From NCBI RefSeq assembly GCF_009914755.1, contig NC_060948.1: a DNA stretch of 64,000 nucleotides. The stretch is one strand, 5' to 3'. Shown one piece after another: positions 27,441 to 42,400 of this stretch (positions within the stretch are counted from its first letter, which is position 1; every line of letters begins with the position of its first letter). The translations under genes and the position numbers were made by a program. The DNA comes from the human T2T-CHM13v2.0 reference genome, Homo sapiens. Under the pieces are notes generated by a model. That model made no database searches, was not told the origin of the DNA, and worked only from the letters and a program-made list of their open reading frames with translations.

Positions 27441-30400
27441 AGGCCTGGAATAAAGTGGAATGCTACGGTCTCGAATGGAATAAAAATGTATGGAATGGAA
27501 TGCAATGAAATGGAATCGAATGTCATAGAATGTAATGGAATGCAACAAAATGGAATCCAATATCATTGACTGGAAAGGCTGGGTGTTGAAAGGAATTGAC
27601 TCCAATGGAATGGAATCGAATGGAATGGAAGTGAATAGAATCGAACTAAATCGAATGGAATGGAATTGATAGGAACGGAATGGAAAGGAATGCAATGATT
27701 TGGCATGGAATGGAATCGAATGGCATCGAATGGAATGGAATGGAATGCAATGGAATGGAATGTATTAGAATGTAATGAACTTTAATGGAATGTACTCGAA
27801 TGGATTCGACTGGAATGGAATGTTCTGGAAGTGAATGGACTCCAATGGAATGGATTCAAAAGGAATGGAATCGTACGGAATGGAATCTAATGGAATGGAA
27901 TTAAATGGAAATGAATCAAATTGAATAGCACGGAATTGAATTGAATGGAATGGAATGCAATGGAATCTAATGAAACGGAAAGGAAAGGAATGGAATGGAA
28001 TGGAATGGGCTGGAATGGAAAGGAATCGAAACGAATGGAATGGAATCGAACTGAAGAGACTGGAATGGAATGCACTGGAATGGAAGGGAGTGTAATGGAA
28101 GGTTCTCGAAAAAAATGGAATGGAATGGAATGGAATTGAATGGAACGGAATAGAGTCGAATGGAATTGAATGGAATGGAATGGACTAGAGTGAAATGGAA
28201 TCGAACCACAAGGAATGGACAGGAATAGAATGGTCTCGAATTGAATGGAATCGTATGGAATGGCATCAAACGGAATGGAATGGACAGCCACGGAATGGAA
28301 TGCACTCGAATGCAATGGAGTCGAAACTAATGGACTGGAATAGAATGGACTCGACTGGTACGGACTCCAATGGAATGGAATCGAATGGAAGGGAACCGAA
28401 CGGAATGGACTCGAAGGGAAAAGACTGCAATGGAAAGGTCTCGAATGGAATGGAAATTAATGGAATGGAATGGAATCGAATGAAATGGAGTCAAAAGGAA
28501 TGGAATCGAATGGCAAGAAATCGAATGTAATGGAATCGCAAGGAATTGATGTGAACGGAACGGAATGGAATGGAATCCAAAAGAATGGAATAGAATGGAA
28601 TGGAATCGAATGGAAAGGACTCGAATGGAAATCACTCGAATAGAACGCAATTTAATAAAATAGGATCAAATGTAATGGAATGGAATGGAAAGGAATCGAA
28701 ACGAAAGGAATGGAGACAGATGGAATGGAATGGAACAGAGAGCAATGGTATAGAATGGAATGGAATCATCTGGAATGGAATTGAATGGAATGGAATAATA
28801 TGAAATGGAATGGAATGGAATGGAACTGAATGGAATGGAATGGAATGCCCTTGAATTAAATAGACTGGAATGGAATGGACTCGAACAGAGTGGAATGGAA
28901 AGTGTTGAGATAGAATGCAATGGACTCCTTCGGAATGGTCTAGTATGCAATGCAATCGACTGGCAGGGAATCAAAAGGAATGTAATCGAATGGATTGGAC
29001 TGGAATGCAGTGGACTCGAATAGATTGGAAACGGAATGCAAAGGAATGGAATGGAATAGTATGGAATGGAATGGAAAGGAATGGAGTGTAATAGACTAGA
29101 GTGGAATGGAATGGACTGGAAAGCAATGGACTGGAATGGAACTTTCTTGAATGGACTGGAATCAAACGGAATGGAATGCAATGCAATCAAATGGCATGGA
29201 ATAAAATAGAATGAAAGAGAATCAAATGGAATTGAATCGAATGGAATCGAATGGATTGGAAAGGAATAGAATGGAATGGAATGGAATTGACTCAAATGGA
29301 ATGGACTAGAATGGAATGGATTCGAATGGAAGGCAAAGGAATGGAATCTATTGGAATGGACTGTAATGGAATGGAATGGAAGGGATTGGAATTGACTCGA
29401 ATGGAATGGACTGCAATAGAAAGGATTCGAATGGAATGAAAAAGAATTGAACGGAATAGAACAGAATGGAATCAAATCGAATGAAATGGAATGGAATAGA
29501 AAGGAATGGAATGAAATGGAATGGAAAGGATTCGAATGGAATGCAATCGAATGGAATGGAATCGAACGGAATGGAATAAAATGGAAGAAAACAGGCAAGA
29601 AGTGGAATCGAAATGAATGGAGTGTTATGGAACGGACTCAAAAGGAATTGAATGTAATAGAATGGAGTGGAGTGGACTCGAATATAATGGACTGGAATGG
29701 AATGAAATCACATGGAATGGGAACAAACGGAACGGAATGGAAAGGAATGGAATCGAATGGAAAGGAATCGAATGGAAGGGAATGAAATTGAATCAACAGG
29801 AATAGAAGGGAATAGAATAGACGGTAATGGAATGGACTCGAATAGAATGGACACGAATGCTCAAATTGAATGGACGCCAATGGAATGGAAACGAAAGGAA
29901 TGTCATCGAATAGAATTGAATCGATTGGAATGAAATCGCAAGAATGGAGTGGAATCAAATGGAATTGAATCGAAAGGAAAGGAAGCGAATGGACTGAAAT
30001 GAAATGGAATGGAATTGAATGGAAAGTAATGCAATGGAATAGAATGGAACGAAATTTCACGGAATGGAATCAAACTGAAAGGAATCAAATCAATGGAATC
30101 TAATCAAATGGAATGGAAAGGAATTGAATGGAGTAGATTGGATTGGATGGGATTGGAGTGAAATGTACTGGAAAGGACTCGAATTTCATGAAACGGAATG
30201 GAATGAATTGGAACGGAATGGACTCGAAAGGAATGGAATGTCATGGAATGGCATCAAATGGAATGGCATCAAATGGAATGGAATCGAATGCAATGGAATG
30301 CTATGGAATGGAATGGAATGCATTGGAATGGAATGTCCTCTAATGGAATGGATTCGAGTGGAATGGAATCGAATATAATGGAGTCGAATGAAATGGAATT

Positions 30401-33400
30401 GAAAGGAATGGGATCGAATACAATGGAATATACTGGAATGTAATGTAATGAACTCGAATGTAATTGACTGGAATGGAATGTACATGAATGGAATGTAATC
30501 GAATGGAAAGTAATCCAATGGAATAGAATCTAATGCAATAAAATCGACTCAGATAGAGTAGAATGTAATGGAATGGAGTGCAGTACAATGGAATGGAATG
30601 GAATGCAATGGAATGGAATGGAATGGAATGGAATGGAATGGAATGGAATGGGATGGAATGGAATGGAATGGGATGGAATGGTATGGAATGGATAGTAATG
30701 GACTGGAGTGAAATGGACTGGAAAGGAATGGACTCAAATTGAAAGGGCTCGAAAGGAATGGAGTCAAATGGAATGGTCTGGAATGGAATGAACACGAATG
30801 TAATGCAATCCAATAGAATGGAATCGAATGGCATGGAATATAAAGAAATGGATTCGAAGAGAATGGAAACAAATGGAATGGAATTGAATGGAATGGAATT
30901 GAATGGAATGGGAACGAATGGAGTGAAATTGTATGCAGTAGAAGGGAATAGAAAGGAATGCAAGCGAAAGGAAAGGAATGGATTGGAATGGAATGGAATT
31001 CATTGGAATGGAAGGGAATGTAGTGTAATGGACAGGCCTGGAATAAAGTGGAATGCTACGGTCTCGAATGGAATAAAAATGTATGGAATGGAATGCAATG
31101 AAATGGAATCGAATGTCATAGAATGTAATGGAATGCAACAAAATGGAATCCAATATCATTGACTGGAAAGGCTGGGTGTCGAAAGGAATTGACTCCAATG
31201 GAATGGAATCGAATGGAATGGAAGTGAATAGAATCGAACTAAATCGAATGGAATGGAATTGATAGGAACGGAATGGAAAGGAATGCAATGATTTGGCATG
31301 GAATGGAATCGAATGGCATCGAATGGAATGGAATGGAATGCAATGGAATGGAATGTATTAGAATGGAATGAACTTTAATGGAATGTACTCGAATGGATTC
31401 GACTGGAATGGAATGTTCTGGAAGTGAATGGACTCCAATGGAATGGATTCAAAAGGAATGGAATCGTACGGAATGGAATCTAATGGAATGGAATTAAATG
31501 GAAATGAATCAAATTGAATAGCACGGAATTGAATTGAATGGAATGGAATGCAATGGAATCTAATGAAACGGAAAGGAAAGGAATGGAATGGAATGGAATG
31601 GGCTGGAATGGAAAGGAATCGAAACGAATGGAATGGAATCGAACTGAAGAGACTGGAATGGAATGCACTGGAATGGAAGGGAGTGTAATGGAAGGTTCTC
31701 GAAAAAAATGGAATCGAATGGAATGGAATTGAATGGAACGGAATAGAGTCGAATGGAATTGAATGGAATGGAATGGACTAGAGTGAAATGGATTCGAACC
31801 ACAAGGAATGGAGAGGAATAGAATGGTCTCGAATTGAATGGAATCGTATGGAATGGCATCAAACGGAATGGAATGGACAGCCACGGAATGGAATGCACTC
31901 GAATGCAATGGAGTCGAAACTAATGGACTGGAATAGAATGGACTCGACTGGTACGGACTCCAATGGAATGGAATCGAATGGAAGGGAATCGAACGGAATG
32001 GACTCGAAGGGAAAAGACTGCAATGGAAAGGTCTCGAATGGAATGGAAATTAATGGAATGGAATGGAATCGAATGAAATGGAGTCAAAAGGAATGGAATC
32101 GAATGGCAAGAAATCGAATGTAATGGAATCGCAAGGAATTGATGTGAACGGAACGGAATGGAATGGAATCCAAAGGAATGGAATAGAATGGAATGGAATC
32201 GAATGGAAAGGACTCGAATGGAAATCACTCGAATAGAATGCAATTTAATAAAATAGGATCAAATGTAATGGAATGGAATGGAAAGGAATCGAAACGAAAG
32301 GAATGGAGACAGATGGAATGGAATAGAACAGAGAGCAATGGTATAGAATGGAATGGAATCATCTGGAATGGAATTGAATGGAATGGAATAATATGAAATG
32401 GAATGGAATGGAATGGAATGGAATGCCCTTGAATTAAATGGACTGGAATGGAATGGACTCGAACAGAGTGGAATGGAAAGTGTTGAGATAGAATGGAATG
32501 GACTCCTTTGGAATGGTCTAGTATGCAATGCAATCGACTGGCAGGGAATCAAAAGGAATGTAATCGAATGGATTGGACTGGAATGCAATGGACTCGAATA
32601 GATTGCAAACGGGATGCAAAGGAATGGAATGGAATAGTATGGAATGGAATGGAAAGGAATGGAGTGGAATAGACTAGAGTGGAATGGAATGGACTGGAAA
32701 GCAATGGACTGGAATGGAACTTTCTTGAATGGACTGGAATCAAACGGAATGGAATGCAATGCAATCAAATGGCATGGAATAAAATAGAATGAAAGAGAAT
32801 CAAATGGAATTGAATCGAATGGAATCGAATGGATTGGAAAGGAATAGAATGGAATGGAATGGAATGGACTCAAATGGAATGGACTAGAATGGAATGGATT
32901 CGAATGGAAGGCAAAGGAATGGAATCTATTGGAATGGACTGTAATGGAATGGAATGGAAGGGATTGGAATGGACTCGAATGGAATGGACTGCAATAGAAA
33001 GGATTCGAATGGAATGAAAAAGAATTGAATGGAATAGAACAGAATGGAATCAAATCGAATGAAATGGAATGGAATAGAAAGGAATGGAATGAAATGGAAT
33101 GGAAAGGATTCGAATGGAATGCAATCGAATGGAATGGAATCGAACGGAATGGAAATAAATGGAAGAAAACTGGCAAGAAATGGAATCGAAATGAATGGAG
33201 TGTTATGGAACGGACTCAAAAGGAATTGAATGTAATAGAATGGAGTGGAGTGGACTCGAATATAATGGACTGGAATGGAATGAAATCACATGGAATGGGA
33301 ACGAATGGAATGGAATGGAAAGGAATGGAATCGAATGGAAAGGAATCGAATGGAAGGGAATGAAATTGAATCAACAGGAATGGAAGGGAATAGAATAGAC

Positions 33401-36400
33401 GGTAATGGAATGGACTCGAATAGAATGGACACGAATGCTCAAATTGAATGGACTCGAATGGAATGGAAACGAAAGGAATGTCATCGAATGGAATTGAATC
33501 GATTGGAATGAAATCGCATAGAATGGAGTGGAATCAAATGGAATTGAATCGAAAGGAAAGGAAGCGAATGGACTGAAATGAAATGGAATGGAATTGAATG
33601 GAAAGTAATGCAATGGAATAGAATGGAACGAAATTTCACGGAATGGAATCAAACTGAATGGAATCAAATCAATGGAATCTAATCAAATGGAATGGAAAGG
33701 AATTGAATGGAGTAGATTGGATTGGATGGGATTGGAATGAAATGTACTGGAAAGGACTCGAATTTCATGAAACGGAATGGAATGAATTGGAACGGAATGG
33801 ACTCGAATGGAATGGAATGTCATGGAATGGCATCAAATGGAATGGCATCAAATGGAATGGAATCGAATGCAATGGAATGCTATGGAATGGAATGGAATGC
33901 ATTGGAATGGAATGTCCTCTAATGGAATGGATTCGAGTGGAATGGAATCGAATATAATGGAGTCGAATGAAATGGAATTGAAAGGAATGGGATCGAATAC
34001 AATGGAATATACTGGAATGTAATGTAATGAACTCGAATGTAATTGACTGGAATGGAATGTACATGAATGGAATGTAATCGAATGGAAAGTAATCCAATGG
34101 AATAGAATCTAATGCAATAAAATCGACTCAGATAGAGTAGCATGTAATGGAATGGAGTGCAGTGCAATGGAATGGAATGGAATGGAATGCAATGGAATGG
34201 AATGGAATGGAATGGAATGGAATGGAATGGAATGGAATGGGATGGGATGGAATGGTATGGAATGGATAGTAATGGACTGGAGTGAAATGGACTGGAAAGG
34301 AATGGACTCAAATTGAAAGGGCTCGAAAGGAATGGAGTCAAATGGAATGGTCTGGAATGGAATGAACACGAATGTAATGCAATCCAATAGAATGGAATCG
34401 AATGGCATGGAATATAAAGAAATGGAATCGGAGAGAATGGAAACAAATGGAATGGAATTGAATGGAATGGAATTGAATGGAATGGGAACGAATGGAGTGA
34501 AATTGTATGCAGTAGAAGGGAATAGAACGGAATGCAAGCAAAAGGAAAGGAATGGATTGGAATGGAATGGAATTCATTGGAATGGAAGGGAATGTAGTGT
34601 AATGGACAGGCCTGGAATAAAGTGGAATGCTACGGTCTCGAATGGAATAAAAATGTATGGAATGGAATGCAATGAAATGGAATCGAATGTCATAGAATGT
34701 AATGGAATGCAACAAAATGGAATCCAATATCATTGACTGGAAAGGCTGGGTGTCGAAAGGAATTGACTCCAATGGAATGGAATCGAATGGAATGGAAGTG
34801 AATAGAATCGAACTAAATCGAATGGAATGGAATTGATAGGAACGGAATGGAAAGGAATGCAATGATTTGGCATGGAATGGAATCGAATGGCATCGAATGG
34901 AATGGAATGGAATGCAATGGAATGGAATGTATTAGAATGTAATGAACTTTAATGGAATGTACTCGAATGGATTCGACTGGAATGGAATGTTCTGGAAGTG
35001 AATGGACTCCAATGGAATGTATTCAAAAGGAATGGAATCGTACGGAATGGAATCTAATGGAATGGAATTAAATGGAAATGAATCAAATTGAATAGCACGG
35101 AATTGAATTGAATGGAATGGAATGCAATGGAATCTAATGAAACGGAAAGGAAAGGAATGGAATGGAATGGAATGGGCTGGAATGGAAAGGAATCGAAACG
35201 AATGGAATGGAATCGAACTGAAGAGACTGGAATGGAATGCACTGGAATGGAAGGGAGTGTAATGGAAGGTTCTCGAAAAAAATGGAATCAAATGGAATGG
35301 AATTGAATGGAACGGAATAGAGTCGAATGGAATTGAATGGAATGGAATGGACTAGAGTGAAATGGAATCGAACCACAAGGAATGGACAGGAATAGAATGG
35401 TCTCGAATTGAATGGAATCGTATGGAATGGCATCAAACGGAATGGAATGGACAGCCACGGAATGGAATGCACTCGAATGCAATGGAGTCGAAACTAATGG
35501 ACTGGAATAGAATGGACTCGACTGGTACGGACTCCAATGGAATGGAATCGAATGGAAGGGAATCGAACGGAATGGACTCGAAGGGAAAAGACTGCAATGG
35601 AAAGGTCTCGAATGGAATGGAAATTAATGGAATGGAATGGAATCGAATGAAATGGAGTCAAAAGGAATGGAATCGAATGGCAAGAAATCGAATGTAATGG
35701 AATCGCAAGGAATTGATGTGAACGGAACGGAATGGAATGGAATCCAAAGGAATGGAATAGAATGGAATGGAATCGAATGGAAAGGACTCGAATGGCAATC
35801 ACTCGAATAGAATGCAATTTAATAAAATAGGATCAAATGTAATGGAATGGAATGGAAAGGAATCGAAACGAAAGGAATGGAGACAGATGGAATGGAATGG
35901 AACAGAGAGCAATGGTATAGAATGGAATGGAATCATCTGGAATGGAATTGAATGGAATGGAATAATATGAAATGGAATGGAATGGAATGGAATGGAATGC
36001 CCTTGAATTAAATGGACTGGAATGGAATGGACTCGAACAGAGTGGAATGGAAAGTGTTGAGATAGAATGGAATGGACTCCTTTGGAATGGTCTAGTATGC
36101 AATGCAATCGACTGGCAGGGAATCAAAAGGAATGTAATCGAATGGATTGGACTGGAATGCAATGGACTCGAATAGATTGGAAACGGGATGCAAAGGAATG
36201 GAATGGAATAGTATGGAATGGAATGGAAAGGAATGGAGTGGAATAGACTAGAGTGGAATGGAATGGACTCGAAAGCAATGGACTGGAATGGAACTTTCTT
36301 GAATGGACTGAAATCAAACGGAATGGAATGCAATGCAATCAAATGGCATGGAATAAAATAGAATGAAAGAGAATCAAATGGAATTGAATCGAATGGAATC

Positions 36401-39400
36401 GAATGGATTGGAAAGGAATAGAATGGAATGGAATGGAATGGACTCAAATGGAATGGACTAGAATGGAATGGATTCGAATGGAAGGCAAAGGAATGGAATC
36501 TATTGGAATGGACTGTAATGGAATGGAATGGAAGGGATTGGAATGGACTCGAATGGAATGGACTGCAATAGAAAGGATTCGAATGGAATGAAAAAGAATT
36601 GAATGGAATAGAACAGAATGGAATCAAATCGAATGAAATGGAATGGAATAGAAAGGAATGGAATGAAATGGAATGGAAAGGATTCGAATGGAATGCAATC
36701 GAATGGAATGGAATCGAACGGAATGGAATAAAATGGAAGAAAACTGGCAAGAAATGGAATCGAAATGAATGGAGTGTTATGGAACGGACTCAAAAGGAAT
36801 TGAATGTAATAGAATGGAGTGGAGTGGACTCGAATATAATGGACTGGAATGGAATGAAATCACATGGAATGGGAACGAATGGAATGGAATGGAAAGGAAT
36901 GGAATCGAATGGAAAGGAATCGAATGGAAGGGAATGAAATTGAATCAACAGGAATGGAAGGGAATAGAATAGACGGTAATGGAATGGACTCGAATAGAAT
37001 GGACACGAATGCTCAAATTGAATGGACTCGAATGGAATGGAAACGAAAGGAATGTCATCGAATGGAATTGAATCGATTGCAATGAAATCGCATAGAATGG
37101 AGTGGAATCAAATGGAATTGAATCGAAAGGAAAGGAAGCGAATGGACTGAAATGAAATGGAATGGAATTGAATGGAAAGTAATGCAATGGAATAGAATGG
37201 AACGAAATTTCACGGAATGGAATCAAACTGAATGGAATCAAATCAATGGAATCTAATCAAATGGAATGGAAAGGAATTGAATGGAGTAGATTGGATTGGA
37301 TGGGATTGGAATGAAATGTACTGGAAAGGACTCGAATTTCATGAAACGGAATGGAATGAATTGGAACGGAATGGACTCGAATGGAATGGAATGTCATGGA
37401 ATGGCATCAAATGGAATGGCATCAAATGGAATGGAATCGAATGCAATGGAATGCTATGGAATGGAATGGAATGCATTGGAATGGAATGTCCTCTAATGGA
37501 ATGGATTCGAGGGGAATGGAATCGAATATAATGGAGTCGAATGAAATGGAATTGAAAGGAATGGGATCGAATACAATGGAATATACTGGAATGTAATGTA
37601 ATGAACTCGAATGTAATTGACTGGAATGGAATGTACATGAATGGAAGGTAATCGAATGGAAAGTAATCCAATGGAATAGAATCTAATGCAATAAAACCGA
37701 CTCAGATAGAGTAGAATGTAATGGAATGGAGTGCAGTGCAATGGAATGGAATGGAATTGAATGCAATGGAATGGAATGGAATGGAATGGAATGGAATGGA
37801 ATGGAATGGAATGGAATGGGATGGAATGGTATGGAATGGATAGTAATGGACTGGAGTGAAATGGACTGGAAAGGAATGGACTCAAATTGAAAGGGCTCGA
37901 AAGGAATGGAGTCAAATGGAATGGTCTGGAATGGAATGAACACGAATGTAATGCAATCCAATAGAATGGAATCGAATGGCATGGAATATAAAGAAATGGA
38001 ATCGGAGGGAATGGAAACAAATGGAATGGAATTGAATGGAATGGAATTGAATGGAATGGGAACGAATGGAGTGAAATTGTATGCAGTAGAAGGGAATAGA
38101 ATGGAATGCAAGCGAAAGGAAAGGAATGGATTGGAATGGAATGGAATTCATTGGAATGGAAGGGAATGTAGTGTAATGGACAGGCCTGGAATAAAGTGGA
38201 ATGCTACGGTCTCGAATGGAATAAAAATGTATGGAATGGAATGCAATGAAATGGAATCGAATGTCATAGAATGTAATGGAATGCAACAAAATGGAATCCA
38301 AAATCATTGACTGGAAAGGCTGGGTGTCGAAAGGAATTGACTCCAATGGAATGGAATCGAATGGAATGGAAGTGAATAGAATCGAACTAAATCGAATGGA
38401 ATGGAATTGATAGGAACGGAATGGAAAGGAATGCAATGATTTGGCATGGAATGGAATCGAATGGCATCGAATGGAATGGAATGGAATGCAATGGAATGGA
38501 ATGTATTAGAATGTAATGAACTTTAATGGAATGTACTCGAATGGATTCGACTGGAATGGAATGTTCTGGAAGTGAATGGACTCCAATGGAATGGATTCCA
38601 AAGGAATGGAATCGTACGGAATGGAATCTAATGGAATGGAATTAAATGGAAATGAATCAAATTGAATAGCACGGAATTGAATTGAATGGAATGGAATGCA
38701 ATGGAATCTAATGAAACGGAAAGGAAAGGAATGGAATGGAATGGAATGGGCTGGAATGGAAAGGAATCGAAACGAATGGAATGGAATCGAACTGAAGAGA
38801 CTGGAATGGAATGCACTGGAATGGAAGGGAGTGTAATGGAAGGTTCTCGAAAAAAATGGAATCGAATGGAATGGAATTGAATGGAACGGAATAGAGTCGA
38901 ATGAAATTGAATGGAATGGAATGGACTAGAGTGAAATGGAATCGAACCACAAGGAATGGACAGGAATAGAATGGTCTCGAATTGAATGGAATCGTATGGA
39001 ATGGCATCAAACGGAATGGAATGGACAGCCACGGAATGGAATGCACTCGAATGCAATGGAGTCGAAACTAATGGACTGGAATAGAATGGACTCGACTGGT
39101 ACGGACTCCAATGGAATGGAATCGAATGGAAGGGAATCGAACGGAATGGACTCGAAGGGAAAAGACTGCAATGGAAAGGTCTCGAATGGAATGGAAATTA
39201 ATGGAATGGAATGGAATCGAATGAAATGGAGTCAAAAGGAATGGAATCGAATGGCAAGAAATCGAATGTAATGGAATCGCAAGGAATTGATGTGAACGGA
39301 ACGGAATGGAATGGAATCCAAACGAATGGAATAGAATGGAATGGAATCGAATGGAAAGGACTCGAATGGAAATCACTCGAATAGAATGCAATTTAATAAA

Positions 39401-42400
39401 ATAGGATCAAATGTAATGGAATGGAATGGAAAGGAATCGAAACGAAAGGAATGGAGACAGATGGAATGGAATGGAACAGAGAGCAATGGTATAGAATAGA
39501 ATGGAATCATCTGGAAAGGAATTGAATGGAATGGAATAATATGAAATGGAATGGAATGGAATGGAATGGAATGCCCTTGAATTAAATGGACTGGAATGGA
39601 ATGGACTCGAACAGAGTGGAATGGAAAGTGTTGAGATAGAATGGAATGGACTCCTTTAGAATGGTGTAGTATGCAATGCAATCTACTGGCAGGGAATCAA
39701 AAGGAATGTAATCGAATGGATTGGACTGGAATGCAATGGACTCGAATAGATTGCAAACGGAATGCAAAGGAATGGAATGGAATAGTATGGAATGGAATGG
39801 AAAGGAATGGAGTGGAATAGACTAGAGTGGAATGGAATGGACTGGAAAGCAATGGACTGGAATGGAACTTTCTTGAATGGACTGGAATCAAACGGAATGG
39901 AATGCAATGCAATCAAATGGCATGGAATAAAATAGAATGAAAGAGAATCAAATGGAATTGAATCGAATGGAATCGAATGGATTGGAAAGGAATAGAATGG
40001 AATGGAATGGAATTGACTCAAATGGAATGGACTAGAATGGAATGGATTCGAATGGAAGGCAAAGGAATGGAATCTATTGGAATGGACTGTAATGGAATGG
40101 AATGGAAGGGATTGGAATGGACTCGAATGCAATGGACTGCAATAGAAAGGATTCGAATGGAATGAAAAAGAATTGAATGGAATAGAACAGAATTTAATCA
40201 AATCGAATGAAATGGAATGGAATAGAAAGGAATGGAATGAAATGGAATGGAAAGGATTCGAATGGAATGCAATCGAATGTAATGCAGTCGTACGGAATGG
40301 AATAAAATGGAAGAAAACTGGCAAGAAATGGAATCGAAATGAATGGAGTGTTATGGAACGGACTCAAAAGGAATTGAATGTAATAGAATGGAGTGGAGTG
40401 GACTCGAATATAATGGACTGGAATGGAATGAAATCACATGGAATGGGAACGAATGGAATGGAATGGAAAGGAATGGAATCGAATGGAAAGGAATCGAATG
40501 GAAGGGAATGAAATTGAATCAACAGGAATGGAAGGGAATAGAATAGACGGTAATGGAATGGACTCGAATAGAATGGACACGAATGCTCAAATTGAATGGA
40601 CTCGAATGGAATGGAAACGAAAGGAATGTCATCGAATGGAATTGAATCGATTGGAATGAAATCGCATAGAATGGAGTGGAATCAAATGGAATTGAATCGA
40701 AAGGAAAGGAAGCGAATGGACTGAAATGAAATGGAATGGAATTGAATGGAAAGTAATGCAATGGAATAGAATGGAACGAAATTTCACGGAATGGAATCAA
40801 ACTGAATGGAATCAAATCAATGGAATCTAATCAAATGGAATGGAAAGGAATTGAATGGAGTAGATTGGATTGGATGGGATTGGAATGAAATGTACTGGAA
40901 AGGACTCGAATTTCATGAAACGGAATGGAATGAATTGGAACGGAATGGACTCGAATGGAATGGAATGTCATGGAATGGCATCAAATGGAATGGCATCAAA
41001 TGGAATGGAATCGAATGCAATGGAATGCTATGGAATGGAATGGAATGCATTGGAATGGAATGTCCTCTAATGGACTGGATTCGAGTGGAATGGAATCGAA
41101 TATAATGGAGTCGAATGAAATGGAATTGAAAGGAATGGGATCGAATAGAATGGAATATACTGGAATGTAATGTAATGAACTCGAATGTAATTGACTGGAA
41201 TGGAATGTACATGAATGGAATGTAATCGAATGGAAAGTAATCCAATGGAATAGAATCTAATGCAATAAAACCGACTCAGATAGAGTAGAATGTAATGGAA
41301 TGGAGTGCAGTGCAATGGAATGGAATGGAATTGAATGCAATGGAATGGAATGGAATGGAATGGAATGGAATGGAATGGGATGGAATGGTATGGAATGGAT
41401 AGTAATGGACTGGAGTGAAATGGACTGGAAAGGAATGGACTCAAATTGAAAGGGCTCGAAAGGAATGGAGTCAAATGGAATGGTCTGGAATGGAATGAAC
41501 ACGAATGTAATGCAATCCAATAGAATGGAATCGAATGGCATGGAATATAAAGAAATGGATTCGAAGAGAATGGAAACAAATGGAATGGAATTGAATGGAA
41601 TGGAATTGAATGGAATGGGAACGAATGGAGTGAAATTGTATGCAGTAGAAGGGAATAGAATGGAATGCAAGCGAAAGGAAAGGAATGGATTGGAATGGAA
41701 TGGAATTCATTGGAATGGAAGGGAATGTAGTGTATTGGACAGGCCTGGAATAAAGTGGAATGCTACGGTCTCGAATGGAATAAAAATGTATGGAATGGAA
41801 TGCAATGAAACGGAATCGAATGTCATAGAATGTAATGGAATGCAACAAAATGGAATCCAAAATCATTGACTGGAAAGGCTGGGTGTCGAAAGGAATTGAC
41901 TCCAATGGAATGGAATCGAATGGAATGGAAGTGAATAGAATCGAACTAAATCGAATGGAATGGAATTGATAGGAACGGAATGGAAAGGAATGCAATGATT
42001 TGGCATGGAATGGAATCGAATGGCATCGAATGGAATGGAATGGAATGTAATGGAATGGAATGTATTAGAATGTAATGAGCTTTAATGGAATGTACTCGAA
42101 TGGATTCGACTGGAATGGAATGTTCTGGAAGTGAATGGACTCCAATGGAATGGATTCAAAAGAAATGGAATCGTACGGAATGGAATCTAATGGAATGGAA
42201 TTAAATGGAAATGAATCAAATTGAATAGCACGGAATTGAATTGAATGGAATGGAATGCAATGGAATCTAATGAAACGGAAAGGAAAGGAATGGAATGGAA
42301 TGGGCTGCAATGGAAAGGAATCGAAACGAATGGAATGGAATCGAACTGAAGAGACTGGAATGGAATGCACTGGAATGGAAGGGAGTGTAATGGAAGGTTC

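Larger units (their letters stand above)
17000..40500 (+). repeat. Higher-order block A (~23.5 kb; 6 full units + 1 truncated unit), boundaries approximate
   Basis: Private variants recur at +23494/+23514: gtattggac 18241/41735, gagcttta 18584/42078, ggcatggaatgaa 20984/44478, acgaaagta 25145/48659, gggctcc 25778/49292, deletion junction 27300/50814. Confidence 0.8.
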
